Shown here one piece after another: positions 24,446-35,971 of a DNA stretch of 64,000 nt. The stretch is from a cyanobacterium endosymbiont of Rhopalodia gibba. GTDB lineage: Bacteria > Cyanobacteriota > Cyanobacteriia > Cyanobacteriales > Microcystaceae. Positions within the stretch are counted from its first letter, which is position 1. Each line of letters opens with the position of its first letter. Position numbers and translations under genes: made by a program. The stretch is taken from the NCBI GenBank assembly GCA_045159875.1, contig CP067995.1, forward strand, positions 1,568,001 through 1,632,000, written 5' to 3'. The notes under the pieces are model-generated. The model saw only the letters and a list, made by a program, of their open reading frames with translations. It was not told the origin of the DNA and ran no database searches.

Positions 24446-25939
24446 TTTTTTCTTGAGGAAAAAGTAAATAAATAGTCTAATCAACTTGGGATATATTGTT
24501 CTTGTTTCTGTTGATAGATTAGCAGTATTTTGTTAACTCTCTCACATATTTTATCCGTTAGTAACTAGTGTTATTGTTAATGCAATTAGAGAATTAATTG
24601 TAGTCTCTATTCCTTCTATTTTAGTGCCTACTATCACTTTTTTTGGTTGGGCATTGTTCAGCTAAAGAACAGGCGAGGAAATTGAAAAATAGGACTAAAT
24701 TTTTAGTAGTAAATGAAGTAATCATTAGAAAAAGTTATATTAAATTATCTATATACTATTTTTTTATTTATCTGTTTAAAACACACTTTTTATAACATTT
24801 AATTTTCTTAAAAGTTATACATTAGCCTATTGAGTAGGAATGATATTAAAAACAATTATGTGTGTTCATATTAGTTCTTTGATTGGCAAAATTACTACCT
24901 TTAGAGCTAAAAACTCAACTAAAATTACTTCAAAAATATAAACTTTATTTAGTAAAACTACTAGCTACAATTGCAAAATAGTTAATATTGTACTGCAATT
25001 AAGTTTTGTCTTAAGCTCTAGAATTTCTAGTTCTGAGTTTACAATTTTATTATTATTGTACGGAAATACTTTTGATTTTAAGTAATGTTATTCTAATTAT
25101 TTTTTCAATTTTTGAACTTATTATAATCCTAGTCGGTTAAGTTTTACTTCACGTATTTTTGGTAACTTTTTAGTCAATCATTGGTGCCTAATTGAGAGCA
25201 TTAGGAACGTTTTAACTGCTCACTATTTATTAATAGATTATTTTTAGAAAAAAATTAGAAAAAGTCAAACTTTAAACAGGTTTTATTAAGCAGTATCAAA
25301 GCAGCCTCTCAGGTTTATGTAGGTTATTTACTTTACTTCTATTTATTCTTTTGATGCAGTCAATTTTATTGCAAAAATAACTACTATTTATTGATTGACT
25401 TACATCCTAGAAACTTCTATTAGTTTTATCAAAAGAATCCCAATTCCTACTTAGTTAGAAAGTACAGGCGGTTAGGTATAGTAGAAAAGTTAGCAGATCA
25501 TTTTTCCTGTTTTTATGGGGGTTTTGGTTATTTTCCGTAGTTTCTCTATTAAAGAGATTTTCCAATAGGTTAATTATAAGATAATTTATAAAAATCTTGA
25601 ATTCAGAGTAAGATTAGCTATTGATGTATAAACTGGGTGGGATCTAATTATAACAAGACATAAGTAATAAAAAGAAATATGATAAATATATTTTGTGTTG
25701 ATAAGTGAATTATATACTGGGAGTGCTGATTATCAGATTAAAAAATATGGATTGAGAATTCTTAAAATATCTCGATAAATATATACTTTAAAAAGTAGAT
25801 AAAAGTTAATGTTAATTAACACCAATGACAAAGTTAAGTGGTGTTTAATGGGATTGTTGCTAACAATTTAATTTAGTCTATGTAAATACGGAGTATTTGG
25901 CGTGAGTAAACGAATAAACAATAGATCAAGCTTATTGAG

Positions 25940-26400
25940 AATAATCCTAGAATTACAAAAAATATCTCTATTTATAGGTATTTTAATATAAATAACGGCT
26001 ATTTTTTACCCATTAAAAATAAAAACTTTTATCTAAACTGATATTGAGCGTTCGTTAGGGATTAGTGCCAATAACTGTGTAAATTGTGAGGCAAACGCTT
26101 TCGATTTTTCTACAGCTGCAAACAGTTTAGATTTTTCTAGATTGAACTTTTTTGAGGTAAGCCTTAATACGGCTGTTCTCATTAGTATCGACTTCACAGG
26201 TGCTAACTTCAGTGGTGCCGACTCAGAGCTAATCTCAGTAATGCAAACTTCGAGAGAACCAATATAGCCAAGACTAACTTTGTCGAAGATAATTTGACCG
26301 GAGCTAATCTTAGTGAATTCGAAACTACCAATATTAACTTGGGAGGAGGAAACGGAAAAGTTTATTTTAGAGGTTCTACGATCACTCAACAACAACTAAA
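25940..26400 (+). pseudogene. Pentapeptide-repeat protein, frameshifted
   Basis: Plus strand reads NNCVNC, IDFTGANFSGAD / RANLSNANFERTNIAKTNFVEDNLTGANLS. The 26033..26395 minus ORF is its antisense shadow. Confidence 0.75.
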
Positions 26401-27525
26401 TAATTAAGATATAATTCTTAGACAAACTATCTCTGAGCTTCTTTCTATATTAAGAACTATTGCTGGAGTCGACTTTGGTCCTTTTTTAAAGTGTGGTCTT
26501 TCGAAAATAAGCTAATTCCTTAGATAGCTAGATAGTGTATTTATTTACACTCCCCCATGAATCATTATGCCAATCTAAAAGAGATTTTTGTAATTTTCAA
26601 GGATCATCAAGCTTTCAATAATTGAACTAATTGCAGAACTTGTTATAATTTAAATACTTGTATATAAAATATCGGTTAGTATTTAAAATACTTTAGTTGT
26701 AGCTAATTATTGTAAGCTTTGATTTACTGCAATCTTATCTCCTTGGACTAACTCAATTAAATTGTTACCAATTTTAAGTTCTTTAATGACGAATTCAACT
26801 ATCATTTTACAATGATATTCAGTATTACAAATTTTGTATAATATAAAATTACCTAATAGTTATTCAATTATTAAACTCTTTTATTCTAGTTTTAATTTAA
26901 GATAGTTAATCACACAACTCCTGAAGAATTTGATGATTTTTAGCGGTAATTTACTTTTCAAACATAGAAGTTATTCTGAACTAGATTTAATAAATTAGTA
27001 TCAGTAGTCGATAACTTTTATCGCTTTAACTTTTACTATATTTTCTATGTCAAAATAATTTGATAAAATTAACTAGTAAAATACCAATTTAAAAACTCCA
27101 GGCTTATAAATTCATGATATTTCTGAGTTTATAAATTTTTTTAAAATCAACTTTAATTTATGATCAGTCCTGCCTACTCCTTTTTGATTTATTTCTAATT
27201 TAAATTTTATATAATTTGTTTTAAACAAATTAAATTTCATAAGATCTCAAATTATTGTCATTATTTTAATCAAAAGTCCTTCTTTACTATAAAAAAATCT
27301 AGTCAACTATAGTTAGTTTTGGATCTTCTTCTCTAGAAGATGATGTTATCGTACTGTTTTTTACAGGACTGCAAAGGAAAAATTGCAAAAATAAATTTAT
27401 AGCTCTTACTTTGATGAAAGTCTGTTATTAATTTTTAAAAAATTAGTTAAATTAAACAAAGATATCGGGCTAATTATTGAACTTTTAGTTCATTCTAGGC
27501 AACATAGATAACGGCAATTCTATTC

Positions 27526-27566
27526 GTACTATTTACCATTTAAAGTACTATTTACCATTTAAAGTA
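27526..27566. repeat. Exact 19-bp tandem duplication
   Basis: gtactatttaccatttaaa x2 followed by gta. Confidence 0.9.
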
Positions 27567-27853
27567 TAATTTAATTATCAAAATATTTAAATAACAAAAG
27601 TATCTTAGCTAAAAAAATTTTAGAAAGCTATCTTAATATAGAATTAGAATAATTACTGTTAATTAACACAAAACAAATAAACAGTAAGCTAAAATAATAA
27701 AAACTTACTAAATAAACATTTTAAAAATAAAATATTTAACAATAAATTTCAAGATATTTTTAAAAATTAAATATTCAATAAATTAAAATTTTTATAATAT
27801 TTTATTAGACATAAAACTGGATTAATTACTTATGAGTATTTAAACTAAAAAAC

Positions 27854-27884
27854 TTTATTAATCTCTAAATTAGAGATTAATAAA
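27854..27884. repeat. Perfect inverted repeat, 15-bp arms, 1-nt spacer
   Basis: tttattaatctctaa-a-ttagagattaataaa. Confidence 0.9.
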
Positions 27885-27949
27885 TGAGCTGTCTTTATCT
27901 CTTAACTATTTTTTTGAAACCATTGAAGTCCTGATTATTAGTAGTTGCT

Positions 27950-28700
27950 ATAGAACAATTTAAAAACATTAAGAAAACTTTAAAATACAGTATCTACAGA
28001 CTCTCTAACTGTTCCAGAACTAGATAACATTTGTTTGAGTTAAGTTTTTACAACGGATTATCAATTCTCAATTTCATTTAAATCTGGAAAGTCAGGTGAA
28101 AGATACTATAGTTTGCATCTATATGTTTCTAGCATTTTCTTAAAAATTTCCTTTTGATAAAAAGTTACATTATGTAAGATAATGATATTTTCTAGTTCGA
28201 ATTAAAAAAATAAATATTGAGATACTTAGGACTTAAATAATTTTTTATTTTCCTGTACTTGGGACTTAAAAAATAAATACTTTTCTGTCTTTCAAGAGAC
28301 TAATCTAAATAGCTTTTTATTTTCTTATTTAGGTATTTAATCATGTAAACAGTTTCCTATTATATTAAATCTAATCGAATCTAGATGTTTCCTTCCGTTT
28401 TTAGCAATTGATTCTAGTTTTTTCTAAATCCTTGTACGTATAATTTATATTCTGCTGAATGATATTGTTATCCTAAAATGGAGAGATCATTATTTAAGTC
28501 CTATTATTATTTCGTTTAACAAAAAACCTGAAATTCTGTTTGTCTCTAATTTTATTAGGTCTTCTTTATTCATGAGTAATTTTTAATGTTTCTATTCTTA
28601 TCAAGAAGAAACTTAAAGGACTTTAAGCATAAAAATCTTAAATTTATGTATTTTTTTTATGCTATGATTATTTTTGAGCATAGATATTGCCTATAAGGTG
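27950..28700 (-). mobile_element. IS630-family transposase remnant
   Basis: Minus strand reads IIILHNVTFYQKEIFKKMLETYRCKL*YLSPDFPDLNEIEN, a decayed DNATFH...LLYLPPYSPDLNxIE of the DDE_3 domain; upstream DNNIIQQNINY. Confidence 0.75.
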
Positions 28701-29036
28701 TCAGCATAACTAATAGTGCTTACTTAACTATTTACTGACTTGTTTTATAATTACAAAACTATTATAATATTTTTGCGTCGTGCTATGATTTATCCACCGG
28801 GCAATGAACTCTTCAAAAAAAAACTTAACAATCGAAAAGATAGTAAACTTAATTTATCAACTATCCAGTATTTAAAAGAGAGCATTAATTCCTCTAGCAA
28901 ACAATTTAAAAATACTTTATTTTGAATGCGAGTGATGAAGTATAAATCTAAATTTACCTTGAGGGCTTTTTTGAAGAGTGGTAATTACTGAAATGATTTT
29001 AATTTTAAATGTTCTTGGTAGCTACCGAACTAATAT

Positions 29037-29086
29037 TTATCTAAATAATTTAGCAAAAGATATCTTTTGCTAAATTATTTAGATAA
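29037..29086. repeat. Perfect 50-bp palindrome, no spacer
   Basis: ttatctaaataatttagcaaaagat|atcttttgctaaattatttagataa. Confidence 0.95.
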
Positions 29087-29107
29087 CTTTGATGTTTTTT
29101 TATAAAA

Positions 29108-29142
29108 ATTAGTAAATATTTGTCGCACAAATATTTACTAAT
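29108..29142. repeat. Perfect inverted repeat, 16-bp arms, 3-nt spacer
   Basis: attagtaaatatttgt-cgc-acaaatatttactaat. Confidence 0.92.
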
Positions 29143-29370
29143 AAAATAAGTCATAAATTTTGGGTTTAATTAATAAATTGATCTTATATTTATAAGGATA
29201 AAAATTGTAGCTGAAGACGCGGAAACTGAATTAGAATTAAACTAACTAAAATAGCTAAGTTCTAAAGATTATTAGAGTTATATATTTATAAAACTCTTAG
29301 CAACAAATTATGTAGGCACTTTACTAAAAAATCTTCTACATTGACGTGTGTTAAAGTGAGCTGTTTTTTA

Positions 29371-29401
29371 CGAGTAAGGTGGGAAATACCCACCTTACTC
29401 G
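29371..29401 (-). terminator. REP-like hairpin abutting the SH3 gene stop
   Basis: cgagtaaggtggg-aaata-cccaccttactcg. Confidence 0.65.
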
Positions 29402-29917
29402 TTATTCTACTTTTTGGACATTGCCCGCTTTAACCCAACCTTCTTGGCCATTGCCGGAAAGACGAACATTTTGCCAGTCTCCATCGAGACTCGTCTTTAA
29501 AATAATCACTTCATCTTTGTAATCAAGACCCCCGATCCTTTGAGCATCTTCGCCAGGTTCGGCCCGTAAACTTAATCCATTAGGCCAAATAACAGAGGCT
29601 TTATAAGCCCCGGACGGCAAATCCTTTTCTTTTTCTTCTTTTTCTTCCTCAATTTCGGGAGAAGATTGAGTTTGTTGAGCAGCTATTTTTTCTTGAGATT
29701 TTTCTTCAGATTTTTTAGCCTTTTGTTGGACGTTAGACTCAAGGTTAGACGCCTCTACAGCTTTTTCTTCTTTTTCTTCGACGAAAGTAGGTTTTGGAGG
29801 CAAGGTATTTAAACGATAAAACACTACATAAGCCAAAGCTGTAGTCCCGCTAACAAGTAGAAGAATCCCTACAAAGAATCCTAAAATAAATTGTAAAAAG
29901 ACAGAGAAATATTTCAT
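29402..29917 (-). CDS. Membrane-anchored bacterial SH3-domain protein
   Basis: N-terminal TM helix, charged linker, WPNGLSLRAEP...GWVKAGNV SH3b; start set to the ATG at 29917. Confidence 0.85.
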   Translation of the reverse strand: MKYFSVFLQFILGFFVGILLLVSGTTALAYVVFYRLNTLPPKPTFVEEKEEKAVEASNLESNVQQKAKKSEEKSQEKIAAQQTQSSPEIEEEKEEKEKDLPSGAYKASVIWPNGLSLRAEPGEDAQRIGGLDYKDEVIILKTSLDGDWQNVRLSGNGQEGWVKAGNVQKVE

Positions 29918-30009
29918 AATTGTTTCAAAATTAAACTTTAAAACTTGACATAAATAAGACAGTAACTCCAAATCCCGAACTAAGTTGATCGTAAATGATA
30001 TTACAGTAA

Positions 30010-31260
30010 ACGACTTATGCCGGAAGCTGGACTAGCTTACTCTGCAGCAGCCTGGTCTTCAACAAACTTGATTTGTTTTTAGGCAGTTCTTGTCAAAAAA
30101 ATAATTTGACTGGCAAGTCTCTAAGATACGCTCAGAGATAAAACCCTGGTTTTGGACAAAGCCAATGTACATTGCCTCAATCAAAGTTCATTCTACTTCT
30201 GTCCTAGGAAAATCAGGTGTTTCATAGGCTAACTGCTTGATCTTGTAGTTTTTCAAGTTATGAGGTTAGAGTCTAGATGGAGAGACGTTAAAAATAGTTT
30301 CACGTTCCTCTTGTATAGGCAAACTCACAAAAAAAATTTCATCAAAGGAGTTTTTGCAAAACATTTTAGGGGGTAAAGCTGAACATTATTAGCCATCGCC
30401 ACTACAAACATTGGAAACCATTTTTCCGCTAACCAGGTGATAAGAATTTCAAAAAACCGACTGGTAGTTCTGTTATCTTCTTTACTATCGACTCCTCAAA
30501 CTCTTGATTAATTTCATAAATCCACAATACGCAAGGACTAGGACTTCTACAAGATTAATCATTTGACGGGTATGAAAATTCTGATTTTTCTATTAATTAT
30601 CCAAATAACCGCTCTATATTCAGACGTAACGGAGATCAATTCAAGTGTATGAAATATAGCTCTCACGCTGAGAGATTTTCAGTTTCTTATATTCTTACTA
30701 AGAGTAAACTCTAGAAATAGAGTAGTCTATAGCCTACTCTATTTCTGATTACATGTCTTTCCTTACTTTAATAACTAGTCTTTAAAGCTGTCTAAATTAC
30801 CTACTATTATAAATTTGTTCAGTGATAAGATATAAAGTTTAGAATCTAGATCTGATAGATTAATTTTTAACAGATTAATTGAAGTCTCTCTTCAAAAATA
30901 AGTTTTAAGTTTTTAGGTTCAAGTCTATCGTGACTAGTGACTTAATAGCTTAAGACATTACTAATACGTTTTAACGAAAGTTCTTAGAAAAAATAAACTA
31001 ACTCATCTAAGAGTCTATCGGGTAAGGATTGCCCAGTGGAAGTTGGTAAATATTTTGCCCTAGTTTCAATGTCACTGGTTATGAGAAGGAGAAAGCTAAC
31101 TAATCCTGAAATAATTTGTCGATAAATTCTAAGACTTACAAAGGAAGCCGTCCACGAAGTTCCAAATTAAAACATATGTGGAATAATGCCTCAAGGGTTG
31201 AACATATTGGGTAGATTGTCCGTTTAACTTGTCCCTAATTTAGAGATTTCAATTATAAAT
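30010..31260 (-). pseudogene. ycf46: Ycf46-like AAA ATPase, degraded
   Basis: Remnants IWNFVDGF near the N-terminus and IKQLAYETPDFPRTEVE*TLIEAMYIGFVQNQGF near the C-terminus. Confidence 0.72.
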
Positions 31261-31633
31261 TAAAGACAAGTTATTAATAATACTTGAAATTCTTCATTAA
31301 AAGATATTTTTAGTGATTAGTGATCCATTATTTCGTTATTAGCTTATGTCTGAAGTTTAACTATTTGTTGAAAATAAGTAAGTTTTTTCCTCAAAATTAA
31401 AGCTTAATGCTTTTATTGAAAATAAATTATTTTCAATAATCTGCTAGTTCTCCATCCTAGCTATTTTTTATTCCTTCATTTAAGATTGCTCTTGAAATAA
31501 TTAGAATTTTAAGCCTTAGACATTAATAAAGTTAAATTTAAAGCTATTAATTAATTGTTTTAACAGAGTCAATCCATTTAAGAATTAAATCAAGATAATT
31601 GGTCTTTTAAATTGCTGTATTTTAAGGACAGGT

Positions 31634-31678
31634 TTAATGATACTATATATAATAGTCAATTATATATAGTATCATTAA
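31634..31678. repeat. Perfect inverted repeat, 20-bp arms, 5-nt spacer
   Basis: ttaatgatactatatataat-agtca-attatatatagtatcattaa. Confidence 0.93.
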
Positions 31679-31688
31679 CTAAAAAAAA

Positions 31689-31728
31689 TATTCTAAACCC
31701 TAATTTATATAAATTAGGGTTTAGAATA
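31689..31728. repeat. Perfect 40-bp palindrome, no spacer
   Basis: tattctaaaccctaatttat|ataaattagggtttagaata. Confidence 0.95.
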
Positions 31729-33770
31729 AAAAACCTTATTATTGGCTTGACAGATAATAAGGTTGCTTAATTTTTTTTCTATTTTTACCACCCAAGTTTG
31801 ATTATATATGATCCATAAACTTTGATTATTTAGTTTTTTTATAGAAAAATTTGCTCATAATTGTAGTTAATATTTTATAGATTTTATTTCTAAGTCAAGT
31901 TCACAACTATGGAGAATACTATAGATAGTTAATCCTCAGTTCATGTCAGCTATTTTAAAAGAATTAAAATTCACATTAATTAGGCAAGATTAAAAAAAAT
32001 AATTAATTAATAACTAAATTTTAACTTTATCAAAAGTATCTATTATCCTATTAACCTCATTAATAAAGTATTTTTAACTCATTTAAAAAGTCTAAAATAG
32101 ACTAACATTTCTATCTGAGACTTACTTACAATATCTCGATATTGCCAAATATTTTAGGCTAAAAAATATACTATTAAAAGTGTAGTAAATATTAATTTTT
32201 GGTGTTATAAAAACAAAAGTTAAAATGTATTATCTAAATTAAATATAATAAAAAGTTTAAGAGAGTAAAAATTAAGTGCAAGTATCAGAAAGTACAATTA
32301 AAAAAATATTTTTTATCTGAATTATTAAAGCTAAAAAAAATATAGAATTTTTTATTTTTTTTTAAAAAAATGTAAAATTTTAGAAAATTCTCTTAAAAAG
32401 AGCTCAAAAAATTAGAGGATAAAAAATATTGCAAGCTCTTAAAAAAGTAAAATTTACTCCGGAAAGAATCTACAAATTTTTTTAAAAAAGGACAAAAGTA
32501 AAATACTCTGTCGGTTAAAAAATAATGAAGTAAAAAAATGATTTACTTAAACAAAGAATATTTTAAGCTCTGGAATAGAGTGGCTCGTATTTGTCTAATA
32601 ATTAAAGAATAAAAAAATAGTTTTTCAGAGTAAAAAAAGAGATATATAAATCTAATAAAATTTAGATAAAAAATTAAGTTTAATTAAAATAAAAAAGTTA
32701 TTATATAATATAGGTTATTACAATTTTAGTTATGCTTAAATTAAATTTTAATAACTAAGATTAAATGATTTACATTCTTAATATTTATTTCTCACTGCCT
32801 ACTTAACACAATCTAAACAATAGTTGACTAAAAAAGTAGTAGAGAATTTAGTATTAGGTTTGGTTAATTTAAAATTATGTAAATTGCCAAAACAACTTCA
32901 ATAAAAGTGAATTTAACATCCCTTCATAGAGTCATTCAATTGTCGCTATTTTTTTAAAAATTAAAATGATGATTGTCAAAAAGCAGGCATTTAAATTTAT
33001 TTATGCAGACAGTTATGGTAAATATCAAGTGTTTTAAGCAGTTTATTGATAAATAAACTCATAAAGCAGGACAATAAAATATTAAAAGTTTTTATACAAT
33101 TTCGATGACAGAATAGTTGGAGATTGGATATTGTCTCTTAGTATAGTAGTAAGGAATTAATATTAATTCTCCTTGATATAACCCTCAAATAGAACACAGA
33201 TAAAACTGAACAATGGCGATTAGATTTTAAAAAAGTAAGAGCAATGGATCAAGGAATATAATAAAAGACAATTATAATTTTTTTTGAGGTATACTACTTA
33301 TCTTAAAACGAATAGATGGGAATACAACTACTGTCTAAAGACAATATTTCCTTCTATAAGGCTAAAGATGAAGGACTGGTCCCATAGTAAACAGGAACAG
33401 ATTTATATTAATTTTTGGTCAAAATGTTATTATTACTTTAATAATTAAAATTATATAATCTTGTTATAATTGTCGTCAAATAAATAATTTGAGATAAATT
33501 TGATATCTTTAATTAGAAGATAAATATTAACTTAACTCGATTAATAAAACTAGTTTTGGTGGAAAGAAGTCAATTTTTCACTTTAAATTATTAACTAATT
33601 CATATTTTTTGAGTACAAAAAAATATGTTTTAAAGTTTTTTTAATTGTATTTAAACTGGAATTCAACCATAATGGTAATCAATAAATATCTCTTATAAAT
33701 AAAGAGATATTTTATTTTTAAATAATTTGCCTTTTGGGTATTACTTACATAATAATTTATTATTTTCAAT

Positions 33771-34736
33771 ATGTTTAGCAACATTTTTTTTCGCTTACTT
33801 ACATCTTGTTTTAGTTTAGTACTTTTTATTTTGTCCCTTTGGACAATTCATGAAAATTTCCACTACTACAATACTCAAAATATTTGGAATACTTTATCGA
33901 CAGTCCCCTTGTCTAATATTCTAAGAGCGATTGTTTTAATGAGCTTAAACTATGCAGTTATGACAGGATATGACTGTCTAGCAGTAAATTATGTTCATAA
34001 TACTCTTTCTTATTCTAAAAAAGCTTTAGTAAGTGTTATTTGTTCAGGAATTAGTAATAGTGTTGGTTTTTCTTTAGTCAGTAGTTGTATGATTCGCTAT
34101 CGTTTATATTCTAATTGGGGATTATCTGCAATTTCTATAGCTCAAATTTCTGCTTTTTGTAATTTAACTTTTGTTTTAGGATTATTGGTCATAGGAGCAA
34201 TTATTTTTACCACAAATCCTTTAGAAATTCCTCATTTATTAAATCTACCATTTGTCTCAGTACAGCCATTAGGAGTAATTTTTCTTCTAATTATTTTAGT
34301 TTACTTATTTCTAACAGCGATCTGTAAAGAACCAGTGAAGATTGGTCAATGGACTTTACCTAATCTTTCTATAAAAATAGCTTTATGTCAGTTAATTGTA
34401 TCCGCATTAGATTGGTCATTAGCTGCAGCAGTTTTTTATTCTATTTTGAGTGAATCTGTTTCATTTTCATATTCAACTTTTTTGGAAATATATATATTTG
34501 CACAAATGGCTGGATTAGCAAGTAATGTTCCAGGTGGTTTAGGAATTTTTGAAACAGTTATACTTGTATTTTTATCTCCGTTTATTTCTACAGAAAAAAT
34601 ATTTAATTTTCTTTTGATTTATAGATTAGTTTATTATTTTCTCCCTTTAACTATATCTGTCTTATTACTTGGACAATATGAATTTAAAAAAATTTTTTTT
34701 ACACCTAGCTCTATTTCTTTTAAAGAACATTTATAA
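33771..34736 (+). CDS. Lysylphosphatidylglycerol synthase TM-domain protein (UPF0104, flippase-like)
   Basis: MTGYDCLA, RYRLYSNWGLS, SNVPGGLGIFE and YRLVYYFLP; no C-terminal aminoacyl-transferase domain. Confidence 0.85.
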   Translation: MFSNIFFRLLTSCFSLVLFILSLWTIHENFHYYNTQNIWNTLSTVPLSNILRAIVLMSLNYAVMTGYDCLAVNYVHNTLSYSKKALVSVICSGISNSVGFSLVSSCMIRYRLYSNWGLSAISIAQISAFCNLTFVLGLLVIGAIIFTTNPLEIPHLLNLPFVSVQPLGVIFLLIILVYLFLTAICKEPVKIGQWTLPNLSIKIALCQLIVSALDWSLAAAVFYSILSESVSFSYSTFLEIYIFAQMAGLASNVPGGLGIFETVILVFLSPFISTEKIFNFLLIYRLVYYFLPLTISVLLLGQYEFKKIFFTPSSISFKEHL

Positions 34737-35150
34737 TTTTATTTTTACTTCATATAATAAATTTATTTTCTTTCCTCTATACTACAATAATCTCAATAAT
34801 TTTATGTTTTTATTCAGCAAATATATCTATGTTTTATTGAACGAACTATGTTCTTTCTTGAAGATAAATTTTATTTATTCTTTTTGAAAATAGGTTAATA
34901 TTTGTGTCAATAAATTTTTATTTAAAATAATACTATATGAATTTAACTATTTTATAAAATTTATTTTTTTCTAAATAAAAAAATAAAAGAAATTTATTAA
35001 GGAGTTTTTATAAAGTTTTTCAAAAGAAGAATAATAAAAATTATATTATTATTTTGGAGCTTGGAAGTCAAGGACAAACTAATAACTTCTCAGGTGATTA
35101 CCTAAGAAGTTATTAAAGCAGAAAACTAAGCTATGTGACTACTGCTACAA

Positions 35151-35594
35151 CTAACCAATCTTTACTTTGACAAGCTTGTTTCTTTCATCTTCAGCCTTAG
35201 GAATAGTTAATTTAAGAATGCCTTCTTTATATTCAGAAGCAACATTAGTATTGTCAACTAAAGAAGGAAGTGCGATCGCCCGTTCAAACCTGCCATAACG
35301 GAACTCACTTTGAGTTATTCCTTTATCTTCAGAAACAACTTCCTGCTTACGTTCACCCTTAATATAAACAGCTTCTTTAGTTACCTGAACATCTAGATCT
35401 TCTGCTTTCATACCAGGAACTTCTAATTTAAGTAGAATCGCCTCATCAGTTTCCGAAAGTTCAGCTACAGGGAAAGAAGAAGACCCTTTTAGGTTACGTC
35501 CAAAATTAGTGGAAAAGACCTCATCAAACAAACGGTTCATTTGGTGTTGTAAAGTATCCAATTCACGATTATTGCTGTAACGAATAAGTGCCAT
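35151..35594 (-). CDS. hspA: Small heat-shock protein, Hsp20/alpha-crystallin
   Basis: MALIRY, EVPGMKAEDLDV, SEFRYGRFERAI, YKEGILKLTIPK. Confidence 0.93.
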   Translation of the reverse strand: MALIRYSNNRELDTLQHQMNRLFDEVFSTNFGRNLKGSSSFPVAELSETDEAILLKLEVPGMKAEDLDVQVTKEAVYIKGERKQEVVSEDKGITQSEFRYGRFERAIALPSLVDNTNVASEYKEGILKLTIPKAEDERNKLVKVKIG

Positions 35595-35971
35595 AAAAAA
35601 CCTCTGTTTACTACAATTTAGTGCTTTGGTTTATTTAATTTGTTAGTTACATTCTAAACATAATTATTTATTAGCACAATACGGCTTATACAACACTAAA
35701 AAGTGTAGTTTACCGAAAAAAATTAAACCTTAAAGTGTTTAGAATATCAGACCTTGAGGTTGCGTTCTTCTCCTATGTCTAACTTCTAACTTCCAACTCT
35801 TTGAGATTTTTAATTGATAATTCTGAATTTAGATAAAAAGACTGACGTACACTAAAGAATAGGTTTGTGGAATATGGTTTAACATGAATTAACTCTAACT
35901 TCTCGTTAACTCGCCATAGTCATCAGGCCATGTTCTAATTATCCTGTAATCTCTAGTGTTTAGAAAAGTAC

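Noticed and set aside
24575..24700. Possible psaI remnant (IPSILVP)
   Set aside because: The match is only about 7 residues and cannot be supported without an alignment.
26033..26395. 120-aa minus-strand ORF
   Set aside because: Antisense shadow of the pentapeptide-repeat pseudogene.
29037..31764. Clustered palindromes as a CRISPR array or IS terminal repeats
   Set aside because: No repeated unit, no regular spacing, no cas genes, and the arms are unrelated to each other.
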